Assembly: GCA_029055625.1 (NCBI GenBank)
Contig: JAIDCY010000027.1
Location: forward strand, 226 to 64,225
Length of the DNA: 64,000 nt
Direction: 5' to 3'
Source of the DNA: Ruminococcus sp.
GTDB taxonomy: Bacteria; Bacillota; Clostridia; Oscillospirales; Ruminococcaceae
In this document: in pieces, positions 1 to 10,565 of the stretch
Numbering within the stretch: the stretch's first letter is position 1
How the letters are laid out: each line of letters starts with the position of its first letter
Translations under genes and position numbers: made by a program
The notes under the pieces: model-generated
What the model was told of the DNA's origin: nothing
What the model saw: the letters and a program-made list of their open reading frames with translations, nothing else
The model's database searches: none

Positions 1-2
1 AC

Positions 3-62
3 GGTACTGATGCCGACGCACTCGTTGAAAAACTTAACGCTCATTTCTCAGCGAAACAGTAA
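3..62 (+). CDS. 3' end of an upstream gene, possibly a DUF1858-type small protein (partial)
   Basis: Frame from nt 3 reads GTDADALVEKLNAHFSAKQ*, resembling the HGxDxDxLVxxLN tail of DUF1858 proteins; followed by a terminator hairpin. Confidence 0.4.
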   Translation, partial: GTDADALVEKLNAHFSAKQ

Positions 63-69
63 ATTATTC

Positions 70-99
70 AGGCGTGTCACCGGCACGCCTCTGTTTTTG
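70..99 (+). terminator. Rho-independent terminator
   Basis: AGGCGTG (70-76) pairs with CACGCCT (84-90), followed by CTGTTTTTG. Confidence 0.7.
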
Positions 100-129
100 T
101 ATTCATAAAATTTTATAAGAGGTGTTAAA

Positions 130-1581
130 ATGCTCGATAACAGATTAAAGGCTTGTGCCGATATGGTAAACGGTAGCGGTATTGTCTGCGACGTCGGAAC
201 TGACCACGCTTACCTTGCATCAGAACTTATTATCAGTGGAAAATGTCAGAAAGTTATAGCATCAGATATAAATATAAGTCCGTTAGGTATGGCACGGCAT
301 ACCGTTGAAAAAAATAATCTCGCCGATAAAATTGACCTTATTCTCTCCGACGGTCTCGAAAATATCCCGCTCGATAACGTTTCCGATATAGTCATTGCCG
401 GTATGGGTGGCGAAACTATCATTGAAATTTTACATAAATGCCCGGAACTTGCGGAAAGCAGTATAAGACTTATCCTTCAGCCTATGACTAAATCTGAAGT
501 TCTCCGTAAATGGCTTTATGACAGCAATTTTGCGATTACTTCGGAAAAAATAGTTGAGGACGGCGATAAATTTTACGTGATAATGTGTGCGAAATGGAGC
601 GGTCAGTTTCAACGTCTTACCGAAACAGAAGCTCTTGCCGGATTCTTCAGCGATAATGACCCTCTCGCTAAAAAATACCTCGCCCATGAGGTGACACGTC
701 TGCGGAAAGTGAGTTCCGCACTCCAGCAGGGCGGTATGCGTTACGAATCCGTACACTTTTCCGCACTCGCTTACAAACTGGAAAACGGTATTGATAAAGT
801 AAGCATTAATGAAATTTATGATTATCTGAATCAGGTCTATCCGGTGGATACGCAGGAAAAATGGGATAATTCCGGCTTACTCGTCGAAAATTATGACATG
901 GAATGCAGTAAGATTATGATTACCCTTGATATTACTATCCCGTCAATATATGAGGCGGAATGCAAAGGTGCGGAGTTAATAATTTCCCATCACCCCGTAA
1001 TTTTCCAGCCTCTCAAAAAAATTAACCGGAAAAGTCCCGTATTCCGCCTTATCTACAGTGATATTTCCGCCATTTGTATGCATACTAATCTTGACATTGC
1101 CAAAGGTGGTACTAACGGCGTAATACTCCGGAAACTCTCCGAACATCTCGAATTTGAAAGTAATCCGGAATTTTTCGAGGATTGCGGTAATGGTAACAAT
1201 TTAGGCTGGATATGCGAACTCCGTGAAAATATTACCGCTGAAAAATTCGGTCAGCTCCTCAAGGATATTTTCGGATGCCCTTACGTCCGTATGAACCGTT
1301 ACGGTTCGCATAAGGTGAAACGTTTTGCATTCTGTTCGGGTTCGGGTGGCTCGATGCTTGAACTCGCTATATCGAAAAAATGCGATGCCTTTATTACCGG
1401 CGACGTGAAACACGATGTCTGGATTGATGCCAATAACCGTCATATAATCCTTTTTGACTGCGGACACTTTCACACGGAAAATCTCGTACTCGAAGAATTA
1501 AGATGTACCATTGAAGAAAAATTCCCACAGATTGAAGTTATATTGGCGGAAACTTCTGTTGACCCTGTTATATATATGTGA
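130..1581 (+). CDS. trmK: tRNA (adenine22-N1)-methyltransferase fused to a Nif3-like dinuclear metal-centre protein
   Basis: N-half: RLKACA, DVGTDHAYL, DGLE, IAGMGG, LILQP (TrmK). C-half: QEKWDNSGL, IISHHPVIF, HTNLD, SGSGG, TGDVKHD, GHFHTE (Nif3). One open frame. Confidence 0.9.
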   Translation: MLDNRLKACADMVNGSGIVCDVGTDHAYLASELIISGKCQKVIASDINISPLGMARHTVEKNNLADKIDLILSDGLENIPLDNVSDIVIAGMGGETIIEILHKCPELAESSIRLILQPMTKSEVLRKWLYDSNFAITSEKIVEDGDKFYVIMCAKWSGQFQRLTETEALAGFFSDNDPLAKKYLAHEVTRLRKVSSALQQGGMRYESVHFSALAYKLENGIDKVSINEIYDYLNQVYPVDTQEKWDNSGLLVENYDMECSKIMITLDITIPSIYEAECKGAELIISHHPVIFQPLKKINRKSPVFRLIYSDISAICMHTNLDIAKGGTNGVILRKLSEHLEFESNPEFFEDCGNGNNLGWICELRENITAEKFGQLLKDIFGCPYVRMNRYGSHKVKRFAFCSGSGGSMLELAISKKCDAFITGDVKHDVWIDANNRHIILFDCGHFHTENLVLEELRCTIEEKFPQIEVILAETSVDPVIYM

Positions 1582-1589
1582 GGTGTCAT

Positions 1590-2387
1590 ATGGGTATCCT
1601 GATATGTCCGGTATGTCGGGAAAAACTCGACGTATCGGGAAAAAATTTCATCTGTACTAACCGGCACAGTTTCGACATCTCAAGAAGCGGTTACGTAAAC
1701 CTGTTACTGTCGAAGCATACCGGAAAAACGATACACGGTGATAATAAATTAATGGTAAATTCAAGGCGTGATTTCTTAAAAAAGGGCTTTTACGCTCCGT
1801 TACGTGAGGCAATCTGCGAAAATATAAAATCCGGAATTATACTTGATGCCGGTTGCGGTGAGGGATATTATACTTCCGGTATAAAAAATATCTCGCCGGA
1901 TTCTGAAGTTTACGGTATAGATATTTCTAAAACCGCCGTTGAAATGGCATCTAAAACCTACAAAAATATTACTTTTGCAGTGGCGAGCGTCTTTAATATT
2001 CCGGTTGCGGATAGTTCCAGCGATACACTCGTTACCGTATTTTCCCCGTACTGTAGCAACGAATTCCAAAGAGTGCTGAAAAATAACGGTACTATGTTAA
2101 TGGCGATACCTTCAGTAAATCATCTGTGGGAACTAAAACAGGCGGTCTATGATACGCCTTACAGAAACGACGTCAGACCCTACGAACTCGACGGCTTCCA
2201 ATTCATCTGTACAAAACGTATAAACTATCAGTTCCTGCTCTCCTCTAATCAGGATATACAGTCGCTTTTCTCTATGACACCCTATTATTACCGTACCGGA
2301 AAATCTCAGCAGGAAAAATTATTTCAACTCGAAAATCTCGAAGTAACCGCCGATTTTGAACTTCTTGAATACAAAAAATTATTGTAA
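1590..2387 (+). CDS. rlmA: 23S rRNA m1G745/m1G748 methyltransferase (RlmA family)
   Basis: N-terminal zinc site CPVC...C.NRHSFD, SAM motif LDAGCGEGYY, MTPYYY near the C-terminus; ATG at 1590 after GAGGTG. Confidence 0.85.
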   Translation: MGILICPVCREKLDVSGKNFICTNRHSFDISRSGYVNLLLSKHTGKTIHGDNKLMVNSRRDFLKKGFYAPLREAICENIKSGIILDAGCGEGYYTSGIKNISPDSEVYGIDISKTAVEMASKTYKNITFAVASVFNIPVADSSSDTLVTVFSPYCSNEFQRVLKNNGTMLMAIPSVNHLWELKQAVYDTPYRNDVRPYELDGFQFICTKRINYQFLLSSNQDIQSLFSMTPYYYRTGKSQQEKLFQLENLEVTADFELLEYKKLL

Positions 2388-2402
2388 AGGACTGATTTTT
2401 TT

Positions 2403-4154
2403 ATGGCTTTAGACGGAGCTTTTCTGTTCGCAGTAAAAAACGAACTCATGCAACTTATCGGCGGACGTATCGAAAAAATACACCAGCCGTCACGAGAGGA
2501 AGTTATTATTTCCATACGTACCCGACATGGTACTAAAAAACTCTATATATCGGCAAATGCCAGTAGTGCGAGAATCCATATTACCGAAAAAAATGTTGAT
2601 AATCCGCAGACTCCGCCTATGTTCTGTATGCTTTTAAGAAAACGCCTCGGTAACGGAAAATTAATCGCTGTCCGTCAGGACGGTCTCGAAAGAATAATTT
2701 TTCTTGATTTCGAGTGTGTCAACGAACTCGGCGATATGGTTATTATCACTCTTGCGTGCGAGATTATGGGCAGATACTCAAATCTTATAATAGTCTGTGA
2801 CGGTAAAATTATTGACAGTATAAAGCGTGTCGATAGTGGAATGTCACGTGAAAGACTGGTACTTCCGGCAATGTCATACTCCCTACCGCCGAAAACTGAC
2901 CGTCTCAATTTCCTGACCGCTGACGGTGAGGAAATCATAGACAGATTACACCAATTCCCACAATCTGAACTTTCCAAGGCTCTTATACGTGTCTTCGAGG
3001 GTATCTCACCGGTTCTTGCCCGTGAATGGACTTTCTATGCCGGAAACGGTCAGCATCTCAACGGTAACGTTACCGGTCAGGCTCTCGTAAGACTTCTTTT
3101 CATTATTCAACGTACCAGTTCGCTACTCCTTGACGGTCAATGCTGTTTTAACGCCGTAATCACTAAAGACGGCATTTTAAAAGATTTTTCTTTCATACCG
3201 ATTACGCAATACGGCGATTTCATGGACAATAAAGAACTCCCGACGGCTTCGGAACTCCTTGACTTTTTCTACTCTGAACGTGATAATATCACACGTACTA
3301 AACAACGTGCCAATGACCTTTTCAGACTTCTTGTAAATCTTACAGAACGCATTAAAAGAAGAATTTCCGTACAACATGAGGAACTTTCCGCCTGCTCCGA
3401 CAGGGATTACTTCAAACTCTGTGGTGACCTGATTTCCGCTAACATCTACCACATCAGAAAAGGGGATAAATCCGTAATACTCGAAAATTTCTATGATGTG
3501 AATTATCCGACTGTAGAAATAGGTCTTGACGTAAGAAAAACACCGTCGCAGAATGCACAGTACTATTACAACGAATACAAAAAATCCGTCACCGCTGAAA
3601 AAAAACTTACTGAACAGATTGAACACGGTACGGAAGAATTACAGTATCTTGACAGCGTTTTTGATTCCCTCACCCGTGCGACTTCTGAAAATGACATCAT
3701 ACAGTTACGTCTCGAACTAAGGGAGCAGGGTTATATAAAATCCGCTGACGGTAAGGCGAAACCTCCGAAAGCTCTGCCTCCTATTGAATACAAATCTTCC
3801 GACGGTTACACGATACTTGTTGGCAGAAATAACTTTCAGAACGATAAATTATCCCTTAAATTCGCTGAAAAGTCTGATATATGGTTGCATACTCAGTCCA
3901 TAACCGGTTCACACGTAATAATTGTAACAAACGGCGAAACTCCACCCGACAGAACCATTGAAGAAGCCTGTATTATCGCATCTGTCAACAGCAAGGGTCG
4001 TAACTCCAATCTCGTGCCGGTTGACTATTGTCTCGCAAAGTATGTTAAAAAGCCATCCGGTGCAAAACCTGGTAAGGTAATTTTTACCAACTACAAAACC
4101 GCTTTTGTTAAACCGGATACGGAACTTGAAAAAATCCGGAGGATTTCCAAATGA
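2403..4154 (+). CDS. rqcH: NFACT/FbpA-family ribosome quality control protein RqcH
   Basis: MALDG start, RIEKIHQP, EIMGRYSNLII, coiled coil, C-terminal GRNNFQND...WLH...GSHVII (NFACT-R). Confidence 0.9.
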   Translation: MALDGAFLFAVKNELMQLIGGRIEKIHQPSREEVIISIRTRHGTKKLYISANASSARIHITEKNVDNPQTPPMFCMLLRKRLGNGKLIAVRQDGLERIIFLDFECVNELGDMVIITLACEIMGRYSNLIIVCDGKIIDSIKRVDSGMSRERLVLPAMSYSLPPKTDRLNFLTADGEEIIDRLHQFPQSELSKALIRVFEGISPVLAREWTFYAGNGQHLNGNVTGQALVRLLFIIQRTSSLLLDGQCCFNAVITKDGILKDFSFIPITQYGDFMDNKELPTASELLDFFYSERDNITRTKQRANDLFRLLVNLTERIKRRISVQHEELSACSDRDYFKLCGDLISANIYHIRKGDKSVILENFYDVNYPTVEIGLDVRKTPSQNAQYYYNEYKKSVTAEKKLTEQIEHGTEELQYLDSVFDSLTRATSENDIIQLRLELREQGYIKSADGKAKPPKALPPIEYKSSDGYTILVGRNNFQNDKLSLKFAEKSDIWLHTQSITGSHVIIVTNGETPPDRTIEEACIIASVNSKGRNSNLVPVDYCLAKYVKKPSGAKPGKVIFTNYKTAFVKPDTELEKIRRISK

Positions 4155-4669
4155 ACATCAAACTTAATGAAAATTTCTTCCGTCGTGACTGTCTTACAGT
4201 AGCTCCTGAACTCGTCGGGAAAATACTTGTCAGGAAACTTTCCGACGGTACGCTGATAAGCGAACGAATTGCCGAAACGGAAGCGTACAGAGGTACGGAA
4301 GACAAAGCCTGTCACGCCTCGAAAGGTAAAACTCCACGTACTGAAATAATGTATGGTAAAGGTGGTAAAATTTATGTTTATCTGTGTTACGGCATTCACT
4401 GGCTCATGAACGTTACAACCGGTGATTCCGATATACCGCAATGCGTACTCATCCGTGCCGGTGAAGCCCATAACGGACCGGCGAAAATTACAAAGTATCT
4501 TCATATTGACGGTACTTTAAATAAACAGTCGGTCTGCGGAAACAATGACATCTGGTTTGAAGATGACGGATTCCGTCCGGATATTATAACCGCTCCGAGA
4601 ATTGGTATTGATTATGCCGGTGACTACTGGAAAAATATTGAATGGCGTTTTATAGCGTCAGGAAGGTGA
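4151..4669 (+). CDS. mpg: DNA-3-methyladenine glycosylase (MPG/AAG family)
   Basis: FFRRDCLTVAPELVGKILV, IAETEAY, DKACHA, NGPAK, PRIGI..A...WRF. Confidence 0.9.
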   Translation: MNIKLNENFFRRDCLTVAPELVGKILVRKLSDGTLISERIAETEAYRGTEDKACHASKGKTPRTEIMYGKGGKIYVYLCYGIHWLMNVTTGDSDIPQCVLIRAGEAHNGPAKITKYLHIDGTLNKQSVCGNNDIWFEDDGFRPDIITAPRIGIDYAGDYWKNIEWRFIASGR

Positions 4670-4677
4670 TTTTTTCT

Positions 4678-5457
4678 GTGAATATTATCTCTACCGGTTA
4701 TAATTCCATATATGATAGTCATTACAGCTTCCGGCACAAACCGGCAAAAAATTCGTTTCTGCTTATCCTTACTAAAAGCAATTCCGTATTCCATATAAAT
4801 GATACCGACTATCACACACCGCCTTTTACTTTCGTACTTTATGACGATTCCGTTACATGGGCTTACTCCGCAGATAACGATTTCTTTATCTGCGACTGGT
4901 TATGTTTCGAGAAAAAAGGCGACAATGAATTTTTTGAATCCGTTGAACTCCCTTTCAATAAACCCGTAAAGTTTGCAGACGTCGATTTTATAAGTAACAT
5001 TATGCGGAATATCGCCAACGAATACTATTCACTCGCTTCAAGACGTCTGAAAATTACAGATACCCTTATGAAAACCCTGTTACTTAAAATAAGCGATTCT
5101 GTAGTAGGTCACGTGGAAAATCAGCAGACCGTTGACCCTCATTACAGTGCGTTAATCGACCTCAGGGAAAAAATATACAGAAATCCACAGATGCGGTGGA
5201 ATGTCGATTCTATGGCAACTTACGTTAATATGTCAAGGTCTTACTTCCAGCACATCTATAAGGAAATGTTCGGCGTATCCTGTATCTCCGACGTAATAAG
5301 CGGTAAAATAGAAAAAGCAAAGGAAATTTTAAGTGAGACTTCCTGTACCGTCTCACAGGTGGCGACCATGTGCGGTTATGACAATGAAGAGCATTTCATG
5401 AGACAGTTTAAGAAAATAGTCGGCGTTACCCCTACGAAGTACAGGCACAAAATCTGA
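4678..5457 (+). CDS. AraC-family transcriptional regulator
   Basis: C-terminal double HTH (MSRSYFQHIYKEMFG...IEKAKEIL...VSQVATMCGYDNEEHFMRQFKKIVGVTP); likely GTG start at 4678 after GGAAGGTGA. Confidence 0.85.
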   Translation: MNIISTGYNSIYDSHYSFRHKPAKNSFLLILTKSNSVFHINDTDYHTPPFTFVLYDDSVTWAYSADNDFFICDWLCFEKKGDNEFFESVELPFNKPVKFADVDFISNIMRNIANEYYSLASRRLKITDTLMKTLLLKISDSVVGHVENQQTVDPHYSALIDLREKIYRNPQMRWNVDSMATYVNMSRSYFQHIYKEMFGVSCISDVISGKIEKAKEILSETSCTVSQVATMCGYDNEEHFMRQFKKIVGVTPTKYRHKI

Positions 5458-5460
5458 AAA

Positions 5461-5482
5461 AAACTACCGTTTCCGGTAGTTT
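5461..5482. terminator. Bidirectional terminator between convergent genes
   Basis: Perfect stem AAACTACCG/CGGTAGTTT with 4-nt loop between the AraC stop and the GH25 stop. Confidence 0.7.
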
Positions 5483-5488
5483 CAGGAT

Positions 5489-6781
5489 TTATTTTTTTAT
5501 TTCCTCGAATCTGTCTGTATACAGGATATTCGTATCTACATAGCCTTCTATACCTTCAATAAGTCCGGTACTGCTCGCCTGCCACATGAAATAATCGCCG
5601 GTATAGTCTGTTTCATCGGTGAAGTGTGCAAGCCATACGGGTTCGTTATAATTATTCATCCAGGTATTCAGCAGGAAATTTTTACTGCTATACAACATCG
5701 CAGAATATCCGTAATTTTCCATCTCCGCACAGAAAAGATTGAAAAGTTCGTTGAGTTCATGCAGGCTTATATTGTACTCCTGAAAAGTAGAAAATTCTTC
5801 CCAGTCGAACGCTACAGGAAAATCCAGTTCCTCACCGTCGAGGGTCTCGTTTATATACTCCGCCAGCTCCTTTACTCCCTCCGCTGTATGTAGCGTTGTA
5901 TAGAAATATATCCCTACTTCAAGCCCTGCTTCCTTCGCTTTCCGGATATTCTCGGCGTACCAGTCATCCTGTTTTATCTCGTCGTAAAAATGCCCCATAC
6001 GTATTATCACAAATTCGCACCCCGCATTTTTTACCGCATTGAAATCTATATCACCCTGCCATGTTGATACGTCTATTCCTAATTTTACGTTGTCTCCTGA
6101 ATATTTTTCGACAAACTCGTTGAATGGTGTACCGTCGCTGTAATCGGGTGTCCATTCACCGTTGAACTCATACGACGGCGTTTCACTCAGTACTACTACC
6201 GTCATATTCCATGACGTTTCATTTCCTGAACTGTCGGTAACGTGTACTTCTATAGGGTAATTCCCTATTTCTTCGGTATTTACTTCCCCCTCGTATGTAA
6301 GATTCGGTACAGGGTCATAATTATCACCGTATCCTACAAGTTGCTTAAGGTCAAATTCCGTACCTTTCGTTACATAAGGCGAGTTACCCATATTAAACAA
6401 CGTCGGCGGTGTGGTATCTGCGACGGTATATGTCACTTTCTGCTGAAATTCTCCCTCACTGTAACGACAGTTTATATATACCTCGTGTTCGCCCATTGAA
6501 GAAGTATCAAGTAATCTGTCACCGTTGAGAATCTCCACGTTGGATTTTTTTACAAATTCTTCGATAGTCAGATAGTCGTAAATCTCTACAGTTTCCGGTG
6601 TATCGAAAATAAGATTATCCGGTGGCTTGACGTTTGTTTTGTTTGAAAGTACCGGTATACTGTCGGGTACTGTTGTGCCGGTCATAAGTGGTGTTTTTAC
6701 GCTTGCTGGTAAAGTCTGCACCTCATGCGTACAACCTGTGAAAAGGCTAAGTGCAATAATCGGAATAAATAATTTTTTCAT
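5489..6781 (-). CDS. GH25 lysozyme lipoprotein with Ig-like domains
   Basis: Lipobox LFTGC, Ig-like DTTPP...Y.VTDSSGN segment, GH25 motifs GIDVSTWQG, IRMG, GIYFY, FDWEE, MWQ.SSTG...VDTN. Confidence 0.85.
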   Translation of the reverse strand: MKKLFIPIIALSLFTGCTHEVQTLPASVKTPLMTGTTVPDSIPVLSNKTNVKPPDNLIFDTPETVEIYDYLTIEEFVKKSNVEILNGDRLLDTSSMGEHEVYINCRYSEGEFQQKVTYTVADTTPPTLFNMGNSPYVTKGTEFDLKQLVGYGDNYDPVPNLTYEGEVNTEEIGNYPIEVHVTDSSGNETSWNMTVVVLSETPSYEFNGEWTPDYSDGTPFNEFVEKYSGDNVKLGIDVSTWQGDIDFNAVKNAGCEFVIIRMGHFYDEIKQDDWYAENIRKAKEAGLEVGIYFYTTLHTAEGVKELAEYINETLDGEELDFPVAFDWEEFSTFQEYNISLHELNELFNLFCAEMENYGYSAMLYSSKNFLLNTWMNNYNEPVWLAHFTDETDYTGDYFMWQASSTGLIEGIEGYVDTNILYTDRFEEIKK

Positions 6782-7054
6782 GCTGTCTCCTTCAGATATT
6801 TTATAAAAAAATTATAACACATCTCAGATAGTTTGTAAAGTATATTTTAATATATTTATGACAATCTGTTTTAATACCTTATTTATATATCGTATTATGT
6901 TAACCTTGGTTAACACGAAAATATGCCGTAAAACAGGCAAAAAAAATTTTTTTAAAAATCCGGAAAAAATTTCGTCTTTTTCGCCTCCTGAAATCACTTA
7001 TATATGAAAAGCTTTTCACATATCATAAACCCTTAAAGAAAGGAGTGACGGACT

Positions 7055-7663
7055 TTGACTGTCGATTCTAAATTCTATGCCGGAGGTGACGGTAAAATTT
7101 CAGTTCTATTAAATCATAACGAACAACCCCTGAATTACGACGTATCAGGCGAAAATGTCAATCAGCTGATTGTTGAATGTTCGCAGTCCAAAGAAAAACT
7201 CGAAAAACTTTATACAATGTTCAAAGATACCGTTTTTGCTGTAGCTTTCGGCATAACTTCTGACTATCATCTCGCAGAAGACTGTGTGGCGGAAACTTTT
7301 ATACGTCTTACTCAGATTAAACGTTTCTCCGCAAAAAAAGGGGACGGCAAAGGGTTTATTATAACTATCGCACGCAACGTTGCACTCGAATATCGCCGTA
7401 AATACAGGAAAGAAACTGAAAATTCTGATATATATATCAGAAATTACGGCGATTCTGACAAGACTGTTGAAAACAGTATTTATATAAATCATTTACTTGG
7501 ATTCCTTAACGACAAACAACGTCAGGTTATCGTCCTGAAATGCTGTTCAGAACTGACGTTCAAGGAAATAGCTAAAATTATGAAATGTCCCGAATCTACG
7601 GTAAAATCAAGGTATCGCAAGGCTATGGCTATTTTACAGGAAAAGGCAGGTGCTGACAATTGA
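7055..7663 (+). CDS. ECF-type RNA polymerase sigma factor
   Basis: Region 2 (AEDCVAETF...IARNVAL) and region 4 (RQVIVLK...LTFKEIAKIMKCPESTVKSR); TTG start after AAGGAG. Confidence 0.85.
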   Translation: MTVDSKFYAGGDGKISVLLNHNEQPLNYDVSGENVNQLIVECSQSKEKLEKLYTMFKDTVFAVAFGITSDYHLAEDCVAETFIRLTQIKRFSAKKGDGKGFIITIARNVALEYRRKYRKETENSDIYIRNYGDSDKTVENSIYINHLLGFLNDKQRQVIVLKCCSELTFKEIAKIMKCPESTVKSRYRKAMAILQEKAGADN

Positions 7664-9093
7664 AAAATAATAATCCCGAAGTAAACCGGGAACTTGAAAA
7701 AATGTTCAGTGACAAAATGCGTGAACTTTCCTCATCTGTGGATTGCTTTGATAAAATTTCTGCAAAGGCTTTTCCTGAAAAAAATCAGGATTTTTCAGAA
7801 AGCGGATTCACCGTATGTGACCTTGAAAATATAACCGGTAAATCAAAAAAAAATAATTTCCTTAAATGGTCTGCTGTAATAGTTGCCTGCACCGTCTGTG
7901 CTTTCGTACTCCCTCAGACCCGTATCGTCAATAATTTCATAGCCGGACTGGGTGGAAGTGCGAAAAAAGCATACTCTAAACTCATAGAAGAAATAAATAC
8001 GGAAACTTCGCAGAATACCTACAGAATTTATGACCTCCCACTTGACGACTACATTAAATACGACAGACTTGTTACGCCGTTATATGCATGTCCGTTTGCG
8101 GATTGCGGTAAGGATAATATAAACGTCCGCATATTCGTGAGAACTTACAACGACATCCCCACCAATCAGATTTACGCCGTCGAGTATACAGGAGATTACG
8201 CAACTTCTAACTTCATAGCCGTCGCAGATACTACCGCAAAATTCACCGTTGAGGAACTCGAACATCTTGACGAGGCAATAATACCATACGACAAACAAGC
8301 GTTAAACAGTGCCATTATGATTAACTTCAAACCGGCTATCACGGCAGAATCCTTTATGACAGACTTAAATTCAGATAAAGTTTCCCTCGCATCTTTCGAT
8401 TACGGAAATATCTTCAAATCCGACGAAGAAACTATTTATTACAGTCCTGCTCAGATGATTTATTACGGTGACAAAATCGACGACAAACCCGAAACATATT
8501 ATTATGACATCAATAATCTCCCCACCGCTGACGGTACGTGGAAAAATACCCTATGTTTCGACGGTTTTTCCTCTATGCCTGCGGAAAGTCAGTCGCTTTT
8601 CGTACGTGTTCCGCTGTTCGACGTAAAATATGTATCTTCCGATAGTGCGGTTGGTATTGCTAATGCTATGTCATGCAAATATATTAAAAATATATTATTC
8701 AACGAAAATAAAACTTCCAGTATAGATTTCTATACACTGTTTCTACAGAGTTACGGCGAAAAAAATATAAGTACTATGGCAGTACCTTACGATAACGAAA
8801 TTCTTAAAAGTATCAGAATGTATTTTTCAGACTCAGGTATACTGTTTTCAAGTGATTCAAATGCCTCTGTAGTACTGAAATCTGAAAATACGGAAACTAC
8901 AAACGTTATACCTGACGACAGCGATAATTATTACAATTTACTCTCCGACGAAGAAACGGAAGATATAATGCTATCGGAGCAGGAAACAAAAACGGAATTT
9001 TCCTCGGAAACTGAAATTGACACCGATGAGCAACAACGACAGACTATCATAGAAAAAGAACAACAATTGAAACAAAACGATAAAAAAAAGTGA
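7660..9093 (+). CDS. Putative anti-sigma factor (single transmembrane helix, large extracytoplasmic domain)
   Basis: Overlaps the sigma gene stop; short N-terminal domain, hydrophobic WSAVIVACTVCAFVL, long C-terminal region. Confidence 0.55.
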   Translation: MKNNNPEVNRELEKMFSDKMRELSSSVDCFDKISAKAFPEKNQDFSESGFTVCDLENITGKSKKNNFLKWSAVIVACTVCAFVLPQTRIVNNFIAGLGGSAKKAYSKLIEEINTETSQNTYRIYDLPLDDYIKYDRLVTPLYACPFADCGKDNINVRIFVRTYNDIPTNQIYAVEYTGDYATSNFIAVADTTAKFTVEELEHLDEAIIPYDKQALNSAIMINFKPAITAESFMTDLNSDKVSLASFDYGNIFKSDEETIYYSPAQMIYYGDKIDDKPETYYYDINNLPTADGTWKNTLCFDGFSSMPAESQSLFVRVPLFDVKYVSSDSAVGIANAMSCKYIKNILFNENKTSSIDFYTLFLQSYGEKNISTMAVPYDNEILKSIRMYFSDSGILFSSDSNASVVLKSENTETTNVIPDDSDNYYNLLSDEETEDIMLSEQETKTEFSSETEIDTDEQQRQTIIEKEQQLKQNDKKK

Positions 9094-9130
9094 ATCCGCA
9101 TACAGATAGACAAAAGAAAGTATATATAAA

Positions 9131-9168
9131 AAAATCCCTCCGGACTGTGAAAGGTTCGGAGGGGTTTT
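9131..9168. terminator. Bidirectional terminator
   Basis: AAAATCCCTCCGGA pairs with TTCGGAGGGGTTTT between convergent genes. Confidence 0.7.
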
Positions 9169-9172
9169 GTTT

Positions 9173-10495
9173 TCAACTGCTTTTCCGGAAATTATTATCC
9201 GTAATTATTCTCGCAAATATCAAGCCTAACGGTAACGATATTACTATAAGTAACGCTTTCGTCAGCCATAACGCACCTGTCTGAAGTTCGTTCAGGGCTA
9301 TGTAGTACACTCCCTTATACATGAACATTCCCGGAATCATTATAACTATTGACGGTACTGTCAGCGTTATTCTCGGATAGCCTACCTTTTTCTTCAGTGC
9401 GGATGCTAACAATCCGGCACATAATGCCCCCACAAATGCTCCCACACTGACCGGTATTGACGTAAAATCCAGTAATTCAAGGCGTATAGTATTTACTATC
9501 ATTCCGATTACTCCGGCTGTCAATGCCATTTTCCGGGGACTATTAAACATCAACGAAAATCCGTATACACCGCAGAAACTCGTAACAAGTCTGAGAACCA
9601 GTTTCAGTAACGGTTCTATCTCGATTTCCACGAACTCCGACGGATGAAACTTGAATATCGTCGCCGTTATCCAGCCCGTAAGCGTTGCCATAACTATTAT
9701 CAGTAACGCATATGTCACACGCTCCAGTCCGGAACGCAAATCGAGTTTTGCAATGTCTATCCCACCGGTTATTAACGGAAATCCCGGTATCACGAAAAGC
9801 ATTGAACATATATATCCTGCCTGATGCACGCTGGATACCCCTATAAGTATTTCCGCAACTTCAAGGCATATCATGTACACCACACACGCCATAGCTACGC
9901 CGACTGTTACATTCGCAAGTAACGTTATGTGCCTTTCCAACAGCTTTTTACGTACAAAATTTCCCACACCTGCTCCGAAAAATGCACAGATCATCTCAAC
10001 TACTCCGCCACCTAACAGAAACGTAAACGCACAGCACGCCACTGCTGACGCTAAACCTAAATTCCATGCGGTGTAATTAGCTGGCATCTCCTGAAACTTG
10101 TCAAGTATGTGGTGAAACTGTTCTATTGAATATTTTTCCGCTCTCTCCTGAAATCCGTCCGCAAACTCTTCAAGATAGTTCAGACGGTCTGTATTCACTC
10201 CGGTAGTGTTTATCGACAGTGCATTTGTATAAGTCTCGCCGTTTTCAATACACGTGTACGCTATCGCCAAAAGTCCTATGTCTGCGTTACACGTTACCCC
10301 TAACGCTCTCGCTATCTTATTCATAGAGGCACGCACTCGCCATGCACCAGTACCCACCGAAAGCATCATTAATCCTAATCGTCCTATAAGTATTGACTTC
10401 TCTTTCAATGATGCCTCTACCGCCGGTACGGGATTCTCATTCTCTACTATTTCGTGCCACGCTATCGGCATATGCTGTTTCCGAAACTTACTCAT
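9173..10495 (-). CDS. Threonine/serine exporter family (ThrE) membrane protein
   Basis: G.GAWRV, GVNTDRL, about 10 hydrophobic segments, IPGFPL and IPG motifs of the ThrE duplicated domain. Confidence 0.85.
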   Translation of the reverse strand: MSKFRKQHMPIAWHEIVENENPVPAVEASLKEKSILIGRLGLMMLSVGTGAWRVRASMNKIARALGVTCNADIGLLAIAYTCIENGETYTNALSINTTGVNTDRLNYLEEFADGFQERAEKYSIEQFHHILDKFQEMPANYTAWNLGLASAVACCAFTFLLGGGVVEMICAFFGAGVGNFVRKKLLERHITLLANVTVGVAMACVVYMICLEVAEILIGVSSVHQAGYICSMLFVIPGFPLITGGIDIAKLDLRSGLERVTYALLIIVMATLTGWITATIFKFHPSEFVEIEIEPLLKLVLRLVTSFCGVYGFSLMFNSPRKMALTAGVIGMIVNTIRLELLDFTSIPVSVGAFVGALCAGLLASALKKKVGYPRITLTVPSIVIMIPGMFMYKGVYYIALNELQTGALWLTKALLIVISLPLGLIFARIITDNNFRKSS

Positions 10496-10565
10496 TTAAT
10501 ATTACCACCTCATTACAATTTATAATGTATAATTAATAATTATTAATTGTTAATTATTAATTGAA

